DNA of 34,499 bases. It comes from a virus. Taxonomy: Duplodnaviria; Heunggongvirae; Uroviricota; Caudoviricetes. Within the stretch, counting starts at the first letter, position 1. Every line of letters begins with the position of its first letter. The translations under genes were made by a program, and so were the position numbers. The notes under the pieces were generated by a model. It was not told the DNA's origin. It worked only from the letters and a program-made list of their open reading frames with translations, and searched no databases. Shown here in pieces: positions 1-7,047 of this stretch. Location of the stretch: positions 1-34,499 of IMG/VR virus record IMGVR_UViG_648276647_000016. One strand, 5' to 3'.

Positions 1-300
1 TGCGCGCTTACTGACACTGGTGTAATCCGGGCAGCGCAACGGAACATTCATCAGTGTAAAAATGGAATCAATAAAACCCTGTGCAGCCCGCAGGGTCAGC
101 CTGAACACGCGTTTAATGACCAGAACGGTGGTGATGGCGAGATCAGAATAGCGCTGAGGTCTTCCCCGTGATGAAGGCGTTGCCGACTCATACCAGGCCT
201 GAATAGCTTCATCGTCCAGCCAGAAAGTTATGGAGCCACGGTTGATGAGGGCTTTGTTGTAGGTGGACCAGTTGGTGATTTTGAACTTTTGCTTTGCCAC
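1..300 (-). CDS. IS903-family transposase, N-terminal 100 codons (3' part outside window)
   Basis: Hand translation of the reverse complement from a GTG at 298-300; open to the window edge. Not in the ORF track because it is truncated. Confidence 0.8.
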   Translation of the reverse strand, partial: MAKQKFKITNWSTYNKALINRGSITFWLDDEAIQAWYESATPSSRGRPQRYSDLAITTVLVIKRVFRLTLRAAQGFIDSIFTLMNVPLRCPDYTSVSKRA

Positions 301-377
301 GGAATGGTCTGCGTTGTCGGGAAGATGCGTGATCTGATCCTTCAACTCAGCAAAAGTTCGATTTATTCAACAAAGCC
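1..377 (-). mobile_element. IS903-family (IS5 family) insertion sequence, partial; outer terminal inverted repeat at 359-377
   Basis: Minus strand of 359-377 reads GGCTTTGTTGAATAAATCG, which I recall as the IS903 terminal IR. Adjacent ORF translates to VAKQKFKITNWSTYNKALINRGSITFWLDDEAIQAWYESATPSSRGRPQRY, matching my memory of the IS903/IS102 transposase N-terminus. Element continues beyond the window start. Confidence 0.85.
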
Positions 378-816
378 CCTTCAAGTTTCTAATGTAGTTG
401 TTCAGCGCGTCATACCAGTCTGCGATATTCGAGGGCTTACGTAGCGCCAGCCTGAATAAACTACTTACCTGCTGTATGAGCATAGTCAGCTTATCAAACG
501 CATCCTCGTGCACCTCAGCAAAAAACTTACCCTGGTTTCTAAGATCTGTTTCCTGAGTAACCGGCAGTTCTCGCGATATGGAAATCTGATAACCATTAGC
601 CAGTGCTTTCGACAGAATTACATTGCCGCCGTTATACCCTCCCGCACCAGTGACTGTGTAATCAGTATCAAGAGCCAGCACAGTGATATTCTCGTCAGGG
701 TCAATCACCTGCACTACTAGATCAGATTTATTGAAAACCCTAAAGGTATAAGGGAATGATGTCGTAACGCCGTTACCGGTGTATTCGTTGTGGTCAACTT
801 CGGTTGAGACCGTCAT
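367..816 (-). pseudogene. Tail fibre / tailspike N-terminal virion-attachment domain, truncated by the IS903-family insertion
   Basis: 149-aa ORF starting MTVSTEVDHNEYTGNGVTTSFPYTF, resembling phage tail-fibre N-termini. Only codons 1-146 (378-816) are phage DNA; the last three codons and the TGA stop (367-369) lie inside the IS inverted repeat. Confidence 0.6.
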
Positions 817-920
817 GTTAAATCTCCAGATAGTCGCAGCACCCGTTGCGCCGCATATCCGGTCATTCTATTACCTGAAAAACCATATATGGATAGAAAA
901 CCCATAAATACGAACAGATA

Positions 921-935
921 TTACCTTTCAGGTGA
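921..935. promoter_or_regulatory. Operator-like palindrome TTACC-N5-GGTgA (one mismatch)
   Basis: TTACCTTTCAGGTGA; flanking sequence (cataaatacgaacagatattacc) resembles the -10/operator part of the PL-like promoter at 28395-28438. Confidence 0.4.
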
Positions 936-972
936 TTTGCAAAACGTACTGGATAGCAAACAAATTATTTGA

Positions 973-992
973 TACTGTATAAATATACAGTT
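973..992 (+). promoter_or_regulatory. LexA (SOS) box
   Basis: taCTGTATAAATATACAGtt: perfect CTGT-N8-ACAG palindrome with AT-rich centre, about 20 bp upstream of the ATG at 1012 and its GGAGAAG Shine-Dalgarno (999-1005). Confidence 0.8.
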
Positions 993-1011
993 ATTACATG
1001 GAGAAGATAAG

Positions 1012-1269
1012 ATGCAGCAGTATCACTATCCACTGGAAGACGGATTTACCGAAAGGATTCACACGCCGGGAGGCGTCAGGTCACTGGTGGAGGGATCGCA
1101 CTTGATGAAATTACTCCGGGATCTCGATAAGGATGGATTTAATGTCGATGGCCCACTTGCCGAACTGACTGCACTGATTAACTACGTCACCAGCTCGCAG
1201 ATGTCTATGCAGGATCTGCAAACACATCTCGACTATTGTGCCGAACAATTACTAAAACAAACCAGATAA
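1012..1269 (+). CDS. Small antirepressor-like protein (paralogue of the C-terminal domain of the Bro-N antirepressor), LexA-box controlled
   Basis: 85-aa ORF with good RBS. Aligns by eye to residues ~150-220 of the 1585-2280 product (IHTPGGVRSLVEGSHLMKLL..DGxxVxGxxAELT..QDLQTH vs IHSPSGVLGLTENSLLMNLL..DGHDVSGAAAELT..RDIQTH). Confidence 0.6.
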   Translation: MQQYHYPLEDGFTERIHTPGGVRSLVEGSHLMKLLRDLDKDGFNVDGPLAELTALINYVTSSQMSMQDLQTHLDYCAEQLLKQTR

Positions 1270-1272
1270 GGT

Positions 1273-1315
1273 TTGAAATTACCAAGTGGAGTGCTTATAT
1301 TTACCTTTGCGGTAA
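1273..1315 (+). promoter_or_regulatory. Sigma70-like promoter (TTGAAA-N17-TATATT) with operator palindrome TTACCTTTGCGGTAA (1301-1315) over the predicted start
   Basis: Read directly from sequence; operator matches the motif found in the immunity region. Confidence 0.5.
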
Positions 1316-1407
1316 ATTTACATCGCACTCCTCTTGTGCCATAGTAATCGGGCACTGGCAAAATCCAGTGCCGGGATTGGCGTCCCGGATTACTAAAAGG
1401 CGCATTC

Positions 1408-1427
1408 ACCGCGCAAGCGGTTTTTTT
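1408..1427 (+). terminator. Rho-independent terminator (ACCGC-GCAA-GCGGT + T7)
   Basis: 5-bp GC stem with GNRA loop followed by TTTTTTT, about 110 nt downstream of the promoter at 1273-1300. Confidence 0.55.
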
Positions 1428-1584
1428 ATGCGTATAGCACGGCCACATTCGTATTATGGTGGGCTGTGTGGGGGCACCGAAAGGTGCGCCGGGTCCTTTT
1501 AGCCGGTTACGCCAACCCTGCACAGTTCACCACCAACCGATTGGCGTCGGTAGTGGTGATTAACCAGACTAAAAGGTAACCACT

Positions 1585-2280
1585 ATGACAGCTACAAAAA
1601 GCACGTCCATTTTTTCTTTCGAATCCCAAGCCGATATACGAGTAATCGTCATTAATGGTGAGCCATGGTTTATCGCTTCAGATGTTTGTCGGGCTATAGG
1701 CATAGCAAACCATCGAGATGCTGTTCGAAAACTTGATGATGATGAGAAGGGCGTCGCTTCAACCGACACCCCTGGCGGTGAGCAAGAATCGATCATCATC
1801 TCCGAGTCAGGCCTCTACACACTGATCCTCCGCTGCCGCGATGCGGTGACACCAGGCACTATCCCCTACCGCTTTCGTAAATGGGTTACAGGTGAGGTTC
1901 TTCCTCAGATCCGCCGCACCGGAAGCTACATTAAAAACTCGCTCCCGCAGGAAGAACGCATAAAGATGGTTGCCGACCAGGTTGCCAACGCCACGGCGTC
2001 AGCAGTAATGCAGGCGATGAAGATAGAGAACAAAACCTACAGCGCCCCGCTGAAGCCAGGATACCGCAGTCTGATTCACTCGCCGTCTGGTGTTCTCGGC
2101 CTGACGGAGAACTCACTGCTGATGAATCTGCTGAACCAGTTACAGGACGACGGGCACGACGTATCGGGCGCGGCGGCGGAACTGACCACCATGTTCTGCT
2201 ACATTGTCGGTGTGAGCAAATGCCTGCGTGATATCCAGACGCACGCGGAGTACATCAACGACAAGGCAGGGTTCTTCTGA
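1585..2280 (+). CDS. Antirepressor, Bro-N domain family
   Basis: 231 aa; N-terminal region (EPWFIASDVCRAIGIAN ... ESGLYTLILRCR) matches my recollection of the Bro-N/antirepressor fold. RBS AAAAGG 8 bp upstream. Confidence 0.7.
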   Translation: MTATKSTSIFSFESQADIRVIVINGEPWFIASDVCRAIGIANHRDAVRKLDDDEKGVASTDTPGGEQESIIISESGLYTLILRCRDAVTPGTIPYRFRKWVTGEVLPQIRRTGSYIKNSLPQEERIKMVADQVANATASAVMQAMKIENKTYSAPLKPGYRSLIHSPSGVLGLTENSLLMNLLNQLQDDGHDVSGAAAELTTMFCYIVGVSKCLRDIQTHAEYINDKAGFF

Positions 2281-2295
2281 CGGGCGGCGGTGGCA

Positions 2296-2326
2296 TTCGT
2301 TAAAAACAAGGCCGCGAAAGCGGCCT
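2296..2326 (-). terminator. Rho-independent terminator for the minus-strand late operon (hairpin AGGCCGC-GAAA-GCGGCCT, then TGTTTTTAA on the minus strand)
   Basis: 7-bp GC stem at 2309-2326 followed by a U-rich tract on the minus strand, directly downstream of the lipoprotein gene; convergent with the antirepressor gene. Confidence 0.6.
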
Positions 2327-2341
2327 GTGACATGTCTCGAC

Positions 2342-2755
2342 TTATAAAGATGACTGATATTTTACAACTCTGTTCATGGCATCTTTTTTCACCGAGCTGA
2401 TATCAGTTCTTATTTTGGCTTCGTCATTACTGCTTATCATGCTATTAATTTTTTGCACTGACATGCCGTTTCTTTCAGCCATTGCACATACAGCAGCATC
2501 GTATGAAGAACTCGCTGCGATGGATATCACCTTGTTACACTCAAACACAGCACCTTCAGCAATATCAGATGCCGATGAGGCTGGCTTGGTATAAGTCTTG
2601 ACGTAGTGATCAATACAACTATCCTTCGCCGTCTTGGCAAGAGAAAAATCCATTTTAACTTTGTCGCAATATGCCTTATCAACACCGTCATAAACATCAT
2701 AGGATGTCGAGCAAGCGGATATCAAAAATACCGATAACAGCAATAATTCCTTCAT
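2342..2755 (-). CDS. Lipoprotein, AT-rich moron (candidate superinfection-exclusion protein)
   Basis: 137 aa; N-terminus MKELLLLSVFLISAC has a hydrophobic core and lipobox ending in Cys. Gene is visibly AT-richer than its neighbours. Confidence 0.6.
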   Translation of the reverse strand: MKELLLLSVFLISACSTSYDVYDGVDKAYCDKVKMDFSLAKTAKDSCIDHYVKTYTKPASSASDIAEGAVFECNKVISIAASSSYDAAVCAMAERNGMSVQKINSMISSNDEAKIRTDISSVKKDAMNRVVKYQSSL

Positions 2756-2764
2756 TGTTGTTCC

Positions 2765-5239
2765 TTATTGCGGAGTGACATCCTGAGGTCGCCACCAGTA
2801 TGTCTGGTTAAACTCTTTCTTTGAACGTTGCTCCATTTTACGCAAATAGCCTGGTGAAAAATACTCCTGCATCTGGTTAAAGATCATGTGATCGAGAGCC
2901 GCCTTCAAGTACCAGAGATTCGCACCAGGCATCAAACCTTTCCCCAGCTTAACCAGATCACCACCAGTCTGCTCATTCTTCCCTTCCACAGCATTTAACG
3001 GTATGCCCTGAGCAATCTTCACTACGTCATCAACCAGACCAACTACCGGGCCAAGCATCGACGCTAGTGCGCCGCTCCCGTACCTGGTGTGGTCAGAGAA
3101 AAGAAAATCACCGTACAACCCTGCCCCACCACCTTTTAAAAATGCATTTATCCAGAATTTAACCATGTTGTCACCGGTCATTTCTTTTGGATTTCTCCCA
3201 TTAATAAGATCAGTAATCTGCATGGAAAGAGCACCAAGCATGGTTGTGCTTGCTAAAAACGTTGCTATATATGCTGCACGCCCACCAGCAGACGGCATCC
3301 CCATAGCTCTATGCCAGTGACGCATAACTACCGAGATAGGGAACGATTTAAACAGGAAAACACTTCTCGTTAATTCACCTTTCCATGTTCCACGCTGAAT
3401 ACCAGAACCGGTTATCAGTTGCTCACGTGCTCCCGGTGTAATAACAGCCATATCAACTTCTTCAGTTACGGCACCGAGCAGTTTACGCATTGCCTCAAAT
3501 TTCACGCGTTCAGGCTCACCAAGATGTTTAACTGCTGAATCAGGGATACGCATAATGCTTTCCGGTGTCAGCATCGTATTATTACCGTTCCCCCAGTCCT
3601 CCTGTTGCGCCAGCTTCCATACGCTCCAGTCTGTGTCAGTAATCCCTTTGCTTTTCAGGATACGAAAATCAGAGTCATCGAGGCTACGAAGGTCTGGCGT
3701 CCGTGACACTACTTCTCCCAGGCTTCCCATCATGGTTACGCCATAGGCGCGCTTGTGCGCATCTGACCATGCTGTAAGCCCACTGGCACGCATTACGGCC
3801 GTTGCCGCCCAACGAGACACTGACGGCCCCATATTATCCATCGCCCAGCGGTTAACGCTGCCAAGTAGAGATTCCATCGCCAGACCAGCGCGGCGCGCCC
3901 GCACAAGTTCTGTACGGTTCGTTGGGTCCATAGCTTCAAGCTGGTTGCGGAATAACTGGTTCATTGGAAGGTTGGTAACCTTCGCCGACAGATACATGGT
4001 TCCAAGATCAGAGAACGATGACAGCAACGCGGATCCGAGTCTGCTGGCAACCAGCCAGTTGCGGATATTGTCAGACCATCGCGCGATGTGCGGATTCGCT
4101 ACAGGCTGTGTCTTTCCGGAAATAAAGTTGTACAGATTCTCTGTGTTGTTCGCCAGCCGCTCGACTTTACCGGTTTTACTCGGGTTAGCTGTTGCCGTTT
4201 CTGCCTTCACCTGATCAAGAAGAGAGCGGAAAACATGATCGGGGTTTGGGCCATATGTTTCCACCAGTGCAATATCTTTACTGATACCTTCCAGGTGACC
4301 GACCATGATTTCCCATAGAGAGCGATCGCCATAAAGTTGCTGATATTGCAGATAGGAATCTGCATCTTTGAAATGTATCTGTCGTGATGCATTACCACGG
4401 TTAGCACGTGCGCCGGAAATTCGCATTCCGGTATCAGTAAGCTTATTCAGCCCACCAGTAGCGATCGTGTTATAAGCCTCTCCAAGAAATGCAGACAACT
4501 CAGCATCGTTCATCAGTTGTCCATCGGCTCGGGTATAATATTTGCGATCCAGCTTACCTATAACATCGCTAACCCACTTATCCTTTGATACCGCCCCAAC
4601 CTTTTCCATAGAATGATGTTGAGGGATCCCCCAGTTTTCGAGATAGCCAATGTCCCCACCAGCATCATTAAACCGGCGGCGCAGTAGCTCTGTCACTTCT
4701 CTCCACGCCTTAGCACCTTTTCTTGCTTTAGCATTGCCAGTATTTTGCCCCCGCATTTCATATACCAGGTCACGTACGCCCGCTTCATCTTCAAACAGAC
4801 CAAAAAAGCGAGGATCAACTGCTTCGAATGCCCCCTGCAATTGACTCAATGCATAATCACGGGTGGCTTTTGTTCTGGATTCAACAGAGAGGAAATTCGA
4901 TTTACCGTCTGCATTAAAAGCAATAGTACGGTTAAGAGCACCGAGTTTCCCATCAGCCCCTTGATAGCTATTGATAAATTTATCCAATCTCTGACGTGCG
5001 GCTATAGTGAGGGCCACACGACGTTTATTTAATGCCGCTTCTCGCTGTAATTCTTCAGATGCCAATTGTGCTGCTCGATATAGCCGCTCTGATTCGGAAA
5101 GTTGTCGCCACGACATCGGGTCATCACGAGCAATGGAGCGCATATTTCGATAAATGCGGTCTTCAATGTTCTGTATTTCTCGCGCCGTTAACGTGCGCTG
5201 CGCCGCCTGCTGGACCGCTTGTATACATTCCTGTCTCAT
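2765..5239 (-). CDS. Internal virion / ejection protein, large (T7 gp16-like by position and size)
   Basis: 824-aa ORF, last large gene of the late operon after two other internal-protein genes; assignment is by synteny and size, not a recalled sequence match. Confidence 0.5.
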   Translation of the reverse strand: MRQECIQAVQQAAQRTLTAREIQNIEDRIYRNMRSIARDDPMSWRQLSESERLYRAAQLASEELQREAALNKRRVALTIAARQRLDKFINSYQGADGKLGALNRTIAFNADGKSNFLSVESRTKATRDYALSQLQGAFEAVDPRFFGLFEDEAGVRDLVYEMRGQNTGNAKARKGAKAWREVTELLRRRFNDAGGDIGYLENWGIPQHHSMEKVGAVSKDKWVSDVIGKLDRKYYTRADGQLMNDAELSAFLGEAYNTIATGGLNKLTDTGMRISGARANRGNASRQIHFKDADSYLQYQQLYGDRSLWEIMVGHLEGISKDIALVETYGPNPDHVFRSLLDQVKAETATANPSKTGKVERLANNTENLYNFISGKTQPVANPHIARWSDNIRNWLVASRLGSALLSSFSDLGTMYLSAKVTNLPMNQLFRNQLEAMDPTNRTELVRARRAGLAMESLLGSVNRWAMDNMGPSVSRWAATAVMRASGLTAWSDAHKRAYGVTMMGSLGEVVSRTPDLRSLDDSDFRILKSKGITDTDWSVWKLAQQEDWGNGNNTMLTPESIMRIPDSAVKHLGEPERVKFEAMRKLLGAVTEEVDMAVITPGAREQLITGSGIQRGTWKGELTRSVFLFKSFPISVVMRHWHRAMGMPSAGGRAAYIATFLASTTMLGALSMQITDLINGRNPKEMTGDNMVKFWINAFLKGGGAGLYGDFLFSDHTRYGSGALASMLGPVVGLVDDVVKIAQGIPLNAVEGKNEQTGGDLVKLGKGLMPGANLWYLKAALDHMIFNQMQEYFSPGYLRKMEQRSKKEFNQTYWWRPQDVTPQ

Positions 5240-5244
5240 TTAAT

Positions 5245-7047
5245 TTAACCTCTCAAGAAACACGCCACAGCGACATCAAACAGGCTGGAATCCTGTATTG
5301 CCTGCTCACTTTCCCTGTTCGCTTCATCCAGTACTTCACGCGCACTGCGCGATTGTGGATTACCATCATCATCCAGCACGGTGATTATCATGTCAGGTGA
5401 TTCAAGCAGCGAGTCTTCAGCTATGCGCAGATCAATATCTCCTGCCTGATCTGACATCATTTTTTGTTCTGCCTGTTGCAATATTTTATCAGGCTCAAAA
5501 GGAGCTACTTCGTCTGGCGTCCTGACCTCTGCTGTTTTATAGAATGAAACAGCCTGAGCATTAAGTTCACTTTCTGCCTGCTGTCTCCGAGCCAGTTCTG
5601 CTCGAGCTTCAAAAAACTGACCGCCAGGCTCGTGCGGTGCCAACGCGTTACGGGAAAATTCCAGGCGTTCTTGTGCCTGCCGGATTCGTTGATCAATATC
5701 GCGAAGTCTGGCCTGTTTATCTGATCGAGCACGAGACAAAGCTTTACCGCTACCGGTTGGCTCTTCTGCAAGAATTTGTGCACGCTGTTCAGTGAGATTT
5801 TCAATAATTCGTTGGCTATTAGCGATTTCAGACTGGTAAACCTGTCTATCTCCACGCGGCAAAAGCTGCGCGGCCTGTTCTTCAAGCAACCGATTTTCTA
5901 TAGCGCGCGCCGTTACTCCATCATCTACAGATGACAGAGCCTCATTAACTGCCTGAGACAGCAGACTCTTGCGCCCAGGAATTTCACTGAAAGATGCAGA
6001 CTCAACAATGCTCGCAACGTCTACAGGTCTCCCCTGGCTAACATCAGACATGGCTTTTCGCAGAGCCTGAATGTGCGAATTACGCGAAAGCACGTTGATC
6101 GGAACGCCGGGAGCAATATCAATTTCAGCATGATGAGCGGCATTCGCCGCCAGTGCAGCATCGATATCAACTGGTGAAAAATTTGGTGCGCTTGTAGGCT
6201 CGCCGCGAGAGTTAATAAATCTGCCGACACCACCAAACGCCACCCCAAGAACAGCATCAATAGCAATTGCCTGTCGATCCAACACATCATACTGGTTAGC
6301 CATTTCGCTATAGCCACCATCACGAAGCGTTTTTGCAGTAAGCACACGCTGTGCCATACCGAACGCAATATTTGTACCTGCGGCATAGGCAATATCTGGC
6401 GTTGCACGTACTGCTGTTGCTGCGGCGCGTCGCACTGAACTTTCACCCGTCCGCGCAAGCTGAGCCGCCACACCTTCCGCCAGCGCACCGCCAGCACGTA
6501 ACCCGAGGCTCATTGGGATCAGTGTTCCGGCACCAGCAGTAATACCCTGCACTAATCCCGCTTCCTGCGCCGTCCTGAAATCAACACCCTGTGCTGTCAG
6601 CCGTTCAAACTCAGAAAAACCCTGTAGAGAAGTTACTGCCGCAGCACCTCCGACCGGACCACCGAGCGTTGTACCGACAACAGCCTGCCCGCCCATATCG
6701 AACAACCCATAAAGGACCTGCCCGGCGCTTCCGGTTGTCGCGGCATCAGGCGTCAGCCGCTTAACCTGCTGCTCTGCTAGTTTTCTCTGCTCAGCAATGT
6801 ATGAAACTGAAGTGTCATTGAGCGAGGTGTTTTCGTTAACAAACTGAGCAATCGGGGATACGATTTTATCCATCCCTGCCCATAGCAACTGATCTGGCTT
6901 TGCCACCAGCCCGGAGTACAAACCAGACAATGCCGCGCCTACAGCATTGTCGAAAAAACCAACATCGCTGTTAAAGCCAGCTGGATTTGATGCTGCTTCG
7001 TCAAGCTGCTGATTCTGGTTTACTGGATTAAGGCCAAAGTAACTCAT
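5245..7047 (-). CDS. Internal virion / ejection protein (gp15-like by position)
   Basis: 600-aa ORF, Gly/Ala-rich N-terminal half and coiled-coil-like C-terminal half; 4-nt overlap with the upstream gene. Confidence 0.5.
   Translation of the reverse strand: MSYFGLNPVNQNQQLDEAASNPAGFNSDVGFFDNAVGAALSGLYSGLVAKPDQLLWAGMDKIVSPIAQFVNENTSLNDTSVSYIAEQRKLAEQQVKRLTPDAATTGSAGQVLYGLFDMGGQAVVGTTLGGPVGGAAAVTSLQGFSEFERLTAQGVDFRTAQEAGLVQGITAGAGTLIPMSLGLRAGGALAEGVAAQLARTGESSVRRAAATAVRATPDIAYAAGTNIAFGMAQRVLTAKTLRDGGYSEMANQYDVLDRQAIAIDAVLGVAFGGVGRFINSRGEPTSAPNFSPVDIDAALAANAAHHAEIDIAPGVPINVLSRNSHIQALRKAMSDVSQGRPVDVASIVESASFSEIPGRKSLLSQAVNEALSSVDDGVTARAIENRLLEEQAAQLLPRGDRQVYQSEIANSQRIIENLTEQRAQILAEEPTGSGKALSRARSDKQARLRDIDQRIRQAQERLEFSRNALAPHEPGGQFFEARAELARRQQAESELNAQAVSFYKTAEVRTPDEVAPFEPDKILQQAEQKMMSDQAGDIDLRIAEDSLLESPDMIITVLDDDGNPQSRSAREVLDEANRESEQAIQDSSLFDVAVACFLRG

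Noticed and set aside
1233-1523. Overlapping ORFs on both strands (1233-1523 minus, 96 aa; 1236-1502 plus, 88 aa) across the ant intergenic region
   Set aside because: Both cover the same hairpin-rich segment, have Cys/Trp/Arg-rich low-plausibility composition and no RBS; the region reads as structured RNA with a terminator.
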